Part shown: piece by piece, positions 41,501 to 55,269 of the stretch
Position numbering within the stretch: the stretch's first letter is position 1
Layout: every line of letters starts with the position of its first letter
Origin: Azolla caroliniana
Taxonomy: Eukaryota > Plantae > Polypodiophyta
Assembly: GCA_043228905.1 (NCBI GenBank)
Contig: JBHGNT010000025.1
Location: 248,001 to 312,000 of the forward strand
Reading direction: 5' to 3'
Length of the DNA stretch: 64,000 nucleotides
Program-made: the position numbers and the translations under genes
The notes under the pieces: generated by a model
What the model saw: only the letters and a program-made list of their open reading frames with translations
Database searches by the model: none
Told to the model about the DNA's origin: nothing

Positions 41501-44500
41501 GGAGTTGAGAGGAGCCCTTGAGTACATTATTATGTTCATACCTGGCGCGTGTGATATCGGATTTTTGTGTTCAAACATGCGAATCGAAGCTAACAACACT
41601 AGCTATTCTATGGAACTAAAAAATCAAGATTTTGAAACTCAGGTCGAGAGATATGAAGAAATTAGCAATCTTGAGGAGGGAGTTGAGAGGAGCCCTTGAG
41701 TACATTATTATGTTCATACCTGGCGCGTGTGATATCGGATTTTTGTGTTCAAACATGCGAATCGAAGCTCACAACGCTAGCTATTCTATGGAAATAAAAA
41801 ATCAAGATTTTGAAACTCAGGTCGAGAGATATGAAGAAATTAGCAATCTTGAGGAGGGAGTTGAGAGGAGCCCTTGAGTAAATTAAAATGTTCATACCTG
41901 GCTCGTGTGATATCGGATTTTTGTGTTCAAACATGCGAATCGAAGCTCACAACGCTAGCTATGATATGGTATTAAAAAATCATGATTTTGAAATTGAGGT
42001 CGAGAGACATGAAGAAATTAGCAATCTTGAGGAGGGAGTTGAGAGGAGCCCTTGAGTAAATTAAAATGTTCATACCTGGCTCGTGTGATATCGGATTTTT
42101 GTGTTCAAACATGTGAATCGCAGCTAACAACGCTAGCTATGACATGGTATTAAGAAATCAAGATTTTGAAACTCAGGTCGAGAGACATGACGAAATTACC
42201 TAATTTGAGGAGGGAGTTGAGACGACCTAGTAGGTAAATTAAAATGTTCATACCTGGCTCGTGTGATATCGGATTTTTGTGTTCAAACATGCGAATCAAA
42301 GCTAACAACGCTAGCTATGATATGGAACTAAAAAATCAAGATTTTGAAACTCAGGTCGAGAGACATGACGAAATTACCAAATTGGAGGAGGGAGTTGAGA
42401 GGAGCCCTTGAGTATATTAAAATGTTCATACCTGGCGTGTGTGATATCGGATTTTTGTGTTCAAACATGCGAATCAAAGCTAACAACGCTAGCTATGACA
42501 TGGTATTAAAAAATCAAGATTTTGAAACTCAGGTCGAGAGATATGAAGAAATTAGCAATCTTGAGGAGGGAGTTGAGAGGAGCCCTTGAGTAAATGAAAA
42601 TGTTCATACCTGGCTCGTGTGATATCGGATTTTTGTGTTCAAACATGCGAATCGAAGCTAAAAACGCTAGCTATGATATGGTATTCAAAAATCATGATTT
42701 CGAAATTGAGGTCGAGAGACATGAAGAAATTAGCAATCTTGAGGAGGGAGTTGAGAGGAGCCCTTGAGTACATTAAAATGTTCATACCTGGCGCGTGTGA
42801 TATCGGATTTTTGTGTTCAAACATGCGAATCGAAGCTAACAACGGTAGCTATGATATGGAACTAAAAAATCAAGATTTTGAAACTCAGGTCGAGAGATAT
42901 GAAGAAATTAGCAATCTTGAGGAGGGAGTTGAGAGGAGCCCTTGAGTACATTAAAATGTTCATACCTGGCGCGTGTGATATCGGATTTTTGTGTTCAAAC
43001 ATGCGAATCGAAGCTAACAATGCTAGCTATTATATGGAACTAAAAAATCAAGATTTTGAAACTCAGGTCGAGAGATATGAAGAAATTAGCAATCTTGAGG
43101 AGGGAGTTGAGAGGAGCCCTTGAGTACATTATTATGTTCATACCTGGCGCGTGTGATATCGGATTTTTGTGTTCAAACATGCGAATCGAAGCTAACAACG
43201 GTAGCTATTCTATGGAACTAAAAAATCAAGATTTTGAAACTTAGGTCGAGAGATATGAAGAAATTAGCAATCTTGAGGAGGGAGTTGAGAGGAGCCCTTG
43301 AGTACATTAAAATGTTCATACCTGGCGCGTGTGATATCGGATTTTTGTGTTCAAACATGCGAATCGTAGCTAACAACGGTAGCTATGATATGGAACTAAA
43401 AAATCAAGATTTTGAAACTCAGGTCGAGAGATATGAAGAAATTAGCAATCTTGAGGAGGGAGTTGAGAGGAGCCCTTGAGTACATTATTATGTTCATACC
43501 TGGCGCGTGTGATATCGGATTCAAAAATCATGATTTCGAAATTGAGGTCGAGAGACATGAAGAAATTAGCAATCTTGAGGAGGGAGTTGAGAGGAGCCCT
43601 TGAGTATATTAAAATGTTTATACCTGGCTCGTGTGATATCGGATTTTTGTGTTCAAACATGCGAATCGAAGCTAACAACGCTAGCTATGACATGGTATTA
43701 AAAAATCAAGAGTTTGAAACTCAGGTGGAGAGACATGACGAAATTACCTAATTTGAGGAGTGAGTTCGGAGGAGCCCTTGAGTACATTAAAATGTTCATA
43801 CCTGGCTCGTGTGATATCGGATTTTTGTGTTCAAACATGCGAATCGAAGCTAACAATGCTAGCTATTATATGGAACTAAAAAATCAAGATTTTGAAACTC
43901 AGGTCGAGAGATATGAAGAAATTAGCAATCTTGAGGAGGGAGTTGAGAGGAGCCCTTGAGTACATTAAAATGTTCATACCTGGCGCGTGTGATATCGGAT
44001 TTTTGTGTTCAAACATGCGAATCGAAGCTAACAATGCTAGCTATTATATGGAACTAAAAAATCAAGATTTTGAAACTCAGGTCGAGAGATATGAAGAAAT
44101 TAGCAATCTTGAGGAGGGAGTTGAGAGGAGCCCTTGAGTACATTATTATGTTCATACCTGGCGCGTGTGATATCGGATTTTTGTGTTCAAACATGCGAAT
44201 CGAAGCTAACAACACTAGCTATTCTATGGAACTAAAAAATCAAGATTTTGAAACTCAGGTCGAGAGATATGAAGAAATTAGCAATCTTGAGGAGGGAGTT
44301 GAGAGGAGCCCTTGAGTACATTATTATGTTCATACCTGGCGCGTGTGATATCGGATTTTTGTGTTCAAACATGCGAATCGAAGCTCACAACGCTAGCTAT
44401 TCTATGGAACTAAAAAATCAAGATTTTGAAACTCAGGTCGAGAGATATGAAGAAATTAGCAATCTTGAGGAGGGAGTTGAGAGGAGCCCTTGAGTAGATT

Positions 44501-45319
44501 AAAATGTTCATACCTGGCTCGTGTGATATCGGATTTTTGTGTTCAAACATGCGAATCGAAGCTCACAACGCTAGCTATGATATGGTATTAAAAAATCATG
44601 ATTTTGAAATTGAGGTCGAGAGACATGAAGAAATTAGCAATCTTGAGGAGGGAGTTGAGAGGAGCCCTTGAGTAAATTAAAATGTTCATACCTGGCTCGT
44701 GTGATATCGGATTTTTGTGTTCAAACATGTGAATCGCAGCTAACAACGCTAGCTATGACATGGTATTAAGAAATCAAGATTTTGAAACTCAGGTCGAGAG
44801 ACATGACGAAATTACCTAATTTGAGGAGGGAGTTGAGACGACCTAGTAGGTAAATTAAAATGTTCATACCTGGCTCGTGTGATATCGGATTTTTGTGTTC
44901 AAACATGCGAATCAAAGCTAACAACGCTAGCTATGATATGGAACTAAAAAATCAAGATTTTGAAACTCAGGTCGAGAGACATGACGAAATTACCAAATTG
45001 GAGGAGGGAGTTGAGAGGAGCCCTTGAGTATATTAAAATGTTCATACCTGGCGTGTGTGATATCGGATTTTTGTGTTCAAACATGCGAATCAAAGCTAAC
45101 AACGCTAGCTATGACATGGTATTAAAAAATCAAGATTTTGAAACTCAGGTCGAGAGATATGAAGAAATTAGCAATCTTGAGGAGGGAGTTGAGAGGAGCC
45201 CTTGAGTAAATGAAAATGTTCATACCTGGCTCGTGTGATATCGGATTTTTGTGTTCAAACATGCGAATCGAAGCTAAAAACGCTAGCTATGATATGGTAT
45301 TCAAAAATCATGATTTCGA

Positions 45320-47235
45320 AATTGAGGTCGAGAGACATGAAGAAATTAGCAATCTTGAGGAGGGAGTTGAGAGGAGCCCTTGAGTACATTAAAATGTTCA
45401 TACCTGGCGCGTGTGATATCGGATTTTTGTGTTCAAACATGCGAATCGAAGCTAACAACGGTAGCTATGATATGGAACTAAAAAATCAAGATTTTGAAAC
45501 TCAGGTCGAGAGATATGAAGAAATTAGCAATCTTGAGGAGGGAGTTGAGAGGAGCCCTTGAGTATATTAAAATGTTTATACCTCGCTCGTGTGATATCGC
45601 ATTTTTGTGTTCAAACATGCGAATCGAAGCTAACAATGCTAGCTATTATATGGAACTAAAAAATCAAGATTTTGAAACTCAGGTCGAGAGATATGAAGAA
45701 ATTAGCAATCTTGAGGAGGGAGTTGAGAGGAGCCCTTGAGTAAATTAAAATGTTTATACCTGGCTCGTGTGATATCGGATTTTTGTGTTCAAACATGCGC
45801 ATCGAAGCTAACAACGCTAGCTATGACATGGTATTAAAAAATCAAGAGTTTGAAACTCAGGTGGAGAGACATGACGAAATTACCTAATTTGAGGAGTGAG
45901 TTGAGAGGAGCCCTTGAGTACATTAAAATGTTCATACCTGGCTCGTGTGATATCGGATTTTTGTGTTCAAACATGCGAATCGAAGCTAACAATGCTAGCT
46001 ATTATATGGACCTAAAAAATCAAGATTTTGAAACTCAGGTCGAGAGATATGAAGAAATTAGCAATCTTGAGGAGGGAGTTGAGAGGAGCCCTTGAGTACA
46101 TTAAAATGTTCATACCTGGCGCGTGTGATATCGGATTTTTGTGTTCAAACATGCGAATCGAAGCTCACAACGCTAGCTATGATATGGTATTAAAAAATCA
46201 TGATTTTGAAATTGAGGTCGAGAGACATGAAGAAATTAGCAATCTTGAGGAGGGAGTTGAGAGGAGCCCTTGAGTACATTAAAATGTTCATACCTGGCGC
46301 GTGTGATATCGGATTTTTGTGTTCAAACATGCGAATCGAAGCTAACAACGGTAGCTATGATATGGAACTAAAAAATCAAGATTTTGAAACTCAGGTCGAG
46401 AGATATGAAGAAATTAGCAATCTTGAGGAGGGAGTTGAGAGGAGCCCTTGAGTATATTAAAATGTTTATACCTCGCTCGTGTGATATCGCATTTTTGTGT
46501 TCAAACATGCGAATCGAAGCTAACAATGCTAGCTATTATATGGAACTAAAAAATCAAGATTTTGAAACTCAGGTCGAGAGATATGAAGAAATTAGCAATC
46601 TTGAGGAGGGAGTTGAGAGGAGCCCTTGAGTAAATTAAAATGTTTATACCTGGCTCGTGTGATATCGGATTTTTGTGTTCAAACATGCGCATCGAAGCTA
46701 ACAACGCTAGCTATGACATGGTATTAAAAAATCAAGAGTTTGAAACTCAGGTGGAGAGACATGACGAAATTACCTAATTTGAGGAGTGAGTTGAGAGGAG
46801 CCCTTGAGTACATTAAAATGTTCATACCTGGCTCGTGTGATATCGGATTTTTGTGTTCAAACATGCGAATCGAAGCTAACAATGCTAGCTATTATATGGA
46901 CCTAAAAAATCAAGATTTTGAAACTCAGGTCGAGAGATATGAAGAAATTAGCAATCTTGAGGAGGGAGTTGAGAGGAGCCCTTGAGTACATTAAAATGTT
47001 CATACCTGGCGCGTGTGATATCGGATTTTTGTGTTCAAACATGCGAATCGAAGCTCACAACGCTAGCTATGATATGGTATTAAAAAATCATGATTTTGAA
47101 ATTGAGGTCGAGAGACATGAAGAAATTAGCAATCTTGAGGAGGGAGTTGAGAGGAGCCCTTGAGTACATTAAAATGTTCATACCTGGCGCGTGTGATATC
47201 GGATTTTTGTGTTCAAACATGCGAATCGAAGCTAA
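45320..47235. repeat. 5-mer HOR, 890 bp, ~2 copies
   Basis: 45494/46384 (CCTCGC...ATCGCA variant), 45850/46740, 46028/46918. Confidence 0.9.
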
Positions 47236-48159
47236 CAACGCTAGCTATGACATGGTATTAAAAAATCAAGATTTTGAAACTCAGGTCGAGAGATATGAAG
47301 AAATTAGCAATCTTGAGGAGGGAGTTGGGAGGAGCCCTTGAGTAAATTAAAATGTTCATACCTGGCTCGTGTGATATCGGATTTTTGTGTTCAAACATGC
47401 GAATCGAAGCTCACAACGCTAGCTATGATATGGTATTAAAAAATCATGATTTTGAAATTGAGGTCGAGAGACATGAAGAAATTAGCAATCTTGAGGAGGA
47501 AGTTGAAAGGAGCCCTTCAGTAAATTAAAATGTTCATACCTGGCTCGTGTGATATCGGATTTTTGTGTTCAAACATGTGAACGCAGCTAACAAGGCTAGC
47601 TATGACATGGTATTAAGAAATCAAGATTTTGAAACTCAGGTCGAGAGATATTACGAAATTACCTACTTTGAGGAGGGAGTTGAGACGACCTAGTAGGTAA
47701 ATTAAAATGTTCATACCTGGCTCGTGTGATATCGGATTTTTGTGTTCAAACATGCGAATCGAAGCTAACAACGCTAGCTATTATATGGAACTAAAAAAGC
47801 AAGATTTTGAGACTCAGGTCGAGAGATATGAAGAAATTAGCAATCTTGAGGAGGGAGTTGAGAGGAGCACTTGAGTATATTAAAATGTTTATACCTGGCT
47901 CGTGTGATATCGGATTTTTGTGTTCAAACATGCGAATCGAAGCTAACAACGCTAGCTATGACATGTTATTAAAAAATCAAGATTTTGAAACTCAGGTAGA
48001 GAGACATGACGAAATTACCTAATTTGAGGAGTGAGTTGAGAGGAGCCCTTGAGTACATTAAAATGTTCATACCTGGCTCGTGTGATATCGGATTTTTGTG
48101 TTCAAACATGCGAATCGAAGCTAACAATACTAGCTATTATATGGACCTAAAAAATCAAG

Positions 48160-51145
48160 ATTTTGAAACTTAGGTCGAGAGATATGAAGAAATTAGCAAT
48201 CTTGAGGAGGGAGTTGAGAGGAGCCCTTGAGTACATTAAAATGTTCATACCTGGCGCGTGTGATATCGGATTTTTGTGTTCAAACATGCGAATCGAAGCT
48301 AACAACGGTAGCTATGATATGGAACTAAAAAATCAAGATTTTGAAACTCAGGTCGAGAGATATGAAGAAATTAGCAATCTTGAGGAGGGAGTTGAGAGGA
48401 GCCCTTGAGTACATTATTATGTTCATACCTGGCGCGTGTGATATCGGATTCAAAAATCATGATTTCGAAATTGAGGTCGAGAGACATGAAGAAATTAGCA
48501 ATCTTGAGGAGGGAGTTGAGAGGAGCCCTTGAGTATATTAAAATGTTTATACCTGGCTCGTGTGAGATCGGATTTTTGTGTTCAAACATGCGAATCGAAG
48601 CTAACAACGCTAGCTATGACATGGTATTAAAAAATCAAGAGTTTGAAACTCAGGTGGAGAGACATGACGAAATTACCTAATTTGAGGAGTGAGTTCGGAG
48701 GAGCCCTTGAGTACATTAAAATGTTCATACCTGGCTCGTGTGATATCGGATTTTTGTGTTCAAACATGCGAATCGAAGCTAACAATGCTAGCTATTATAT
48801 GGAACTAAAAAATCAAGATTTTGAAACTCAGGTCGAGAGATATGAAGAAATTAGCAATCTTGAGGAGGGAGTTGAGAGGAGCCCTTGAGTACATTAAAAT
48901 GTTCATACCTGGCGCGTGTGATATCGGATTTTTGTGTTCAAACATGCGAATCGAAGCTAACAATGCTAGCTATTATATGGAACTAAAAAATCAAGATTTT
49001 GAAACTCAGGTCGAGAGATATGAAGAAATTAGCAATCTTGAGGAGGGAGTTGAGAGGAGCCCTTGAGTACATTATTATGTTCATACCTGGCGCGTGTGAT
49101 ATCGGATTTTTGTGTTCAAACATGCGAATCGAAGCTAACAACACTAGCTATTCTATGGAACTAAAAAATCAAGATTTTGAAACTCAGGTCGAGAGATATG
49201 AAGAAATTAGCAATCTTGAGGAGGGAGTTGAGAGGAGCCCTTGAGTACATTATTATGTTCATACCTGGCGCGTGTGATATCGGATTTTTGTGTTCAAACA
49301 TGCGAATCGAAGCTCACAACGCTAGCTATTCTATGGAACTAAAAAATCAAGATTTTGAAACTCAGGTCGAGAGATATGAAGAAATTAGCAATCTTGAGGA
49401 GGGAGTTGAGAGGAGCCCTTGAGTACATTAAAATGTTCATACCTGGCGCGTGTGATATCGGATTTTTGTGTTCAAACATGCGAATCGAAGCTAACAATGC
49501 TAGCTATTATATGGACCTAAAAAATCAAGATTTTGAAACTCAGGTCGAGAAATATGAAGAAATTAGCAATCTTGAGGAGGGAGTTGAGAGGAGCACTTGA
49601 GTATATTAAAATGTTTATACCTGGCTCGTGTGATATCGGATTTTTGTGTTCAAACATGCGAATCGAAGCTAACAATTCTAGCTATTATATGGAACTAAAA
49701 AATCAAGATTTTGAAACTCAGGTCGAGAGATATGAAGAAATTAGCAATCTTGAGGAGGGAGTTGAGAGGAGCCCTTGAGTACATTATTATGATCATACCT
49801 GGCGCGTGTGATATCGGATTTTTGTGTTCAAACATGCGAATCGAAGCTAACAACACTAGCTATTCTATGGAACTAAAAAATCAAGATTTTGAAACTTAGG
49901 TCGAGAGATATGAAGAAATTAGCAATCTTGAGGAGGGAGTTGAGAGGAGCCCTTGAGTACATTAAAATGTTCATACCTGGCGCGTGTGATATCGGATTTT
50001 TGTGTTCAAACATGCGAATCGAAGCTAACAACGGTAGCTATGATATGGAACTAAAAAATCAAGATTTTGAAACTCAGGTCGAGAGATATGAAGAAATTAG
50101 CAATCTTGAGGAGGGAGTTGAGAGGAGCCCTTGAGTACATTATTATGTTCATACCTGGCGCGTGTGATATCGGATTCAAAAATCATGATTTCGAAATTGA
50201 GGTCGAGAGACATGAAGAAATTAGCAATCTTGAGGAGGGAGTTGAGAGGAGCCCTTGAGTATATTAAAATGTTTATACCTGGCTCGTGTGATATCGGATT
50301 TTTGTGTTCAAACATGCGAATCGAAGCTAACAACGCTAGCTATGACATGGTATTAAAAAATCAAGAGTTTGAAACTCAGGTGGAGAGACATGACGAAATT
50401 ACCTAATTTGAGGAGTGAGTTCGGAGGAGCCCTTGAGTACATTAAAATGTTCATACCTGGCTCGTGTGATATCGGATTTTTGTGTCCAAACATGCGAATC
50501 GAAGCTAACAATGCTAGCTATTATATGGAACTAAAAAATCAAGATTTTGAAACTCAGGTCGAGAGATATGAAGAAATTAGCAATCTTGAGGAGGGAGTTG
50601 AGAGGAGCCCTTGAGTACATTAAAATGTTCATACCTGGCGCGTGTGATATCGGATTTTTGTGTTCAAACATGCGAATCGAAGCTAACAATGCTAGCTATT
50701 ATATGGAACTAAAAAATCAAGATTTTGAAACTCAGGTCGAGAGATATGAAGAAATTAGCAATCTTGAGGAGGGAGTTGAGAGGAGCCCTTGAGTACATTA
50801 TTATGTTCATACCTGGCGCGTGTGATATCGGATTTTTGTGTTCAAACATGCGAATCGAAGCTAACAACACTAGCTATTCTATGGAACTAAAAAATCAAGA
50901 TTTTGAAACTCAGGTCGAGAGATATGAAGAAATTAGCAATCTTGAGGAGGGAGTTGAGAGGAGCCCTTGAGTACATTATTATGTTCATACCTGGCGCGTG
51001 TGATATCGGATTTTTGTGTTCAAACATGCGAATCGAAGCTCACAACGCTAGCTATTCTATGGAACTAAAAAATCAAGATTTTGAAACTCAGGTCGAGAGA
51101 TATGAAGAAATTAGCAATCTTGAGGAGGGAGTTGAGAGGAGCCCT
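48160..51145. repeat. 10-mer HOR, 1726 bp, ~1.7 copies
   Basis: 48163/49889, 48341/50067, 49177/50903; 10x178-54. Confidence 0.85.
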
Positions 51146-54100
51146 TGAGTAAATTAAAATGTTCATACCTGGCTCGTGTGATATCGGATTTTTGTGTTCA
51201 AACATGCGAATCGAAGCTCACAACGCTAGCTATGATATGGTATTAAAAAATCATGATTTTGAAATTGAGGTCGAGAGACATGAAGAAATTAGCAATCTTG
51301 AGGAGGGAGTTGAGAGGAGCCCTTGAGTAAATTAAAATGTTCATACCTGGCTCGTGTGATATCGGATTTTTGTGTTCAAACATGTGAATCGCAGCTAACA
51401 ACGCTAGCTATGACATGGTATTAAGAAATCAAGATTTTGAAACTCAGGTCGAGAGACATGACGAAATTACCTAATTTGAGGAGGGAGTTGAGACGACCTA
51501 GTAGGTAAATTAAAATGTTCATACCTGGCTCGTGTGATATCGGATTTTTGTGTTCAAACATGCGAATCAAAGCTAACAACGCTAGCTATGATATGGAACT
51601 AAAAAATCAAGATTTTGAAACTCAGGTCGAGAGACATGACGAAATTACCAAATTGGAGGAGGGAGTTGAGAGGAGCCCTTGAGTATATTAAAATGTTCAT
51701 ACCTGGCGTGTGTGATATCGGATTTTTGTGTTCAAACATGCGAATCAAAGCTAACAACGCTAGCTATGACATGGTATTAAAAAATCAAGATTTTGAAACT
51801 CAGGTCGAGAGATATGAAGAAATTAGCAATCTTGAGGAGGGAGTTGAGAGGAGCCCTTGAGTAAATGAAAATGTTCATACCTGGCTCGTGTGCTATCGGA
51901 TTTTTGTGTTCAAACATGCGAATCGAAGCTAAAAACGCTAGCTATGATATGGTATTCAAAAATCATGATTTCGAAATTGAGGTCGAGAGACATGAAGAAA
52001 TTAGCAATCTTGAGGAGGGAGTTGAGAGGAGCCCTTGAGTACATTAAAATGTTCATACCTGGCGCGTGTGATATCGGATTTTTGTGTTCAAACATGCGAA
52101 TCGAAGCTAACAACGGTAGCTATGATATGGAACTAAAAAATCAAGATTTTGAAACTCAGGTCGAGAGATATGAAGAAATTAGCAATCTTGAGGAGGGAGT
52201 TGAGAGGAGCCCTTGAGTATATTAAAATGTTTATACCTCGCTCGTGTGATATCGCATTTTTGTGTTCAAACATGTGAATCGAAGCTAACAACGCTAGCTA
52301 TGACATGGTATTAAAAAATCAAGATTTTGAAACTCAGGTCGAGAGACATGACGAAATTACCTAATTTGAGGAGTGAGTTGAGACGACCTAGTAGGTAAAT
52401 TAAAATGTTCATACCTGGCTCGTGTGATATCGGATTTTTGTGTTCAAACATGTGAATCAAGCTAAAAACGCTAGCTATGATATGGTATTAAAAAATCAAG
52501 ATTTTGAAACTCAGGTCGAGAGATATGAAGAAATTAGCAATCTTGAGGAGGGAGTTGAGAGGAGCCATTGAGTAAATTAAAATGTTCATACATGGCTCGT
52601 GTGATATCGGATTTTTGTGTTCAAACATGTGAATCGAAGCTAACAACGCTAGCTATTCTATGGAACTAAAAAATCAAGATTTTGAAACTTAGGTCGAGAG
52701 ATATGAAGGAATTAGCAATCTTGAGGAGGGAGTTGAGAGGAGCCCTTGAGTACATTAAAATGTTCATACCTGGCTCGTGTGATATCGGATTTTTGTGTTC
52801 AAACATGCGAATCGAAGCTAACAATGCTAGCTATTATATGGACCTAAAAAATCAAGATTTTGAAACTCAGGTCGAGAGATATGAAGAAATTAGCAATCTT
52901 GAGGAGGGAGTTGAGAGGAGCCCTTGAGTACATTATTATGTTCATACCTGGCGCGTGTGATATCGGATTTTTGTGTTCAAACATGCGAATCGAAGCTAAC
53001 AACACTAGCTATTCTATGGAACTAAAAAATCAAGATTTTGAAACTCAGGTCGAGAGATATGAAGAAATTAGCAATCTTGAGGAGGGAGTTGAGAGGAGCC
53101 CTTGAGTACATTATTATGTTCATACCTGGCGCGTGTGATATCGGATTTTTGTGTTCAAACATGCGAATCGAAGCTCACAACGCTAGCTATTCTATGGAAC
53201 TAAAAAATCAAGATTTTGAAACTCAGGTCGAGAGATATGAAGAAATTAGCAATCTTGAGGAGGGAGTTGAGAGGAGCCCTTGAGTAAATTAAAATGTTCA
53301 TACCTGGCTCGTGTGATATCGGATTTTTGTGTTCAAACATGCGAATCGAAGCTCACAACGCTAGCTATGATATGGTATTAAAAAATCATGATTTTGAAAT
53401 TGAGGTCGAGAGACATGAAGAAATTAGCAATCTTGAGGAGGGAGTTGAGAGGAGCCCTTGAGTAAATTAAAATGTTCATACCTGGCTCGTGTGATATCGG
53501 ATTTTTGTGTTCAAACATGTGAATCGCAGCTAACAACGCTAGCTATGACATGGTATTAAGAAATCAAGATTTTGAAACTCAGGTCGAGAGACATGACGAA
53601 ATTACCTAATTTGAGGAGGGAGTTGAGACGACCTAGTAGGTAAATTAAAATGTTCATACCTGGCTCGTGTGATATCGGATTTTTGTGTTCAAACATGCGA
53701 ATCAAAGCTAACAACGCTAGCTATGATATGGAACTAAAAAATCAAGATTTTGAAACTCAGGTCGAGAGACATGACGAAATTACCAAATTGGAGGAGGGAG
53801 TTGAGAGGAGCCCTTGAGTATATTAAAATGTTCATACCTGGCGTGTGTGATATCGGATTTTTGTGTTCAAACATGCGAATCAAAGCTAACAACGCTAGCT
53901 ATGACATGGTATTAAAAAATCAAGATTTTGAAACTCAGGTCGAGAGATATGAAGAAATTAGCAATCTTGAGGAGGGAGTTGAGAGGAGCCCTTGAGTAAA
54001 TGAAAATGTTCATACCTGGCTCGTGTGCTATCGGATTTTTGTGTTCAAACATGCGAATCGAAGCTAAAAACGCTAGCTATGATATGGTATTCAAAAATCA

Positions 54101-55065
54101 TGATTTCGAAATTGAGGTCGAGAGACATGAAGAAATTAGCAATCTTGAGGAGGGAGTTGAGAGGAGCCCTTGAGTACATTAAAATGTTCATACCTGGCGC
54201 GTGTGATATCGGATTTTTGTGTTCAAACATGCGAATCGAAGCTAACAACGGTAGCTATGATATGGAACTAAAAAATCAAGATTTTGAAACTCAGGTCGAG
54301 AGATATGAAGAAATTAGCAATCTTGAGGAGGGAGTTGAGAGGAGCCCTTGAGTATATTAAAATGTTTATACCTCGCTCGTGTGATATCGCATTTTTGTGT
54401 TCAAACATGCGAATCGAAGCTAACAACGCTAGCTATGACATGGTATTAAAAAATCAAGATTTTGAAACTCAGGTCGAGAGACATGACGAAATTACCTAAT
54501 TTGAGGAGTGAGTTGAGACGACCTAGTAGGTAAATTAAAATGTTCATACCTGGCTCGTGTGATATCGGATTTTTGTGTTCAAACATGTGAATCAAGCTAA
54601 AAACGCTAGCTATGATATGGTATTAAAAAATCAAGATTTTGAAACTCAGGTCGAGAGATATGAAGAAATTAGCAATCTTGAGGAGGGAGTTGAGAGGAGC
54701 CATTGAGTAAATTAAAATGTTCATACATGGCTCGTGTGATATCGGATTTTTGTGTTCAAACATGTGAATCGAAGCTAACAACGCTAGCTATTCTATGGAA
54801 CTAAAAAATCAAGATTTTGAAACTTAGGTCGAGAGATATGAAGGAATTAGCAATCTTGAGGAGGGAGTTGAGAGGAGCCCTTGAGTACATTAAAATGTTC
54901 ATACCTGGCTCGTGTGATATCGGATTTTTGTGTTCAAACATGCGAATCGAAGCTAACAATGCTAGCTATTATATGGACCTAAAAAATCAAGATTTTGAAA
55001 CTCAGGTCGAGAGATATGAAGAAATTAGCAATCTTGAGGAGGGAGTTGAGAGGAGCCCTTGAGTA
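50715..55065. repeat. 12-mer HOR, 2135 bp, 2 copies
   Basis: 50725/52860, 51615/53750, 52682/54817; private GTGCTATC variant at 51893 and 54028. Confidence 0.92.
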
Positions 55066-55269
55066 CATTAAAATGTTCATACCTGGCGCGTGTGATATCG
55101 GATTTTTGTGTTCAAACATGCGAATCGAAGCTAACAACGCTAGCTATGACATGTTATTAAAAAATCAAGATTTTGAAACTCAGGTAGAGAGACATGACGA
55201 AATTACCTAATTTGAGGAGTGAGTTGAGAGGAGCCCTTGAGTACATTACAATGTTCATACCTGGCGCGT

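Larger units (their letters stand above)
15480..44255. repeat. Large tandem super-duplication (~15.5-32.0 kb vs ~32.2-44.25 kb)
   Basis: Collinear variants at offsets 16690 (16508/33198, 20672/37362), 14199 (25476/39675) and 12242 (27789/40031, 31650/43892). Confidence 0.9.
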
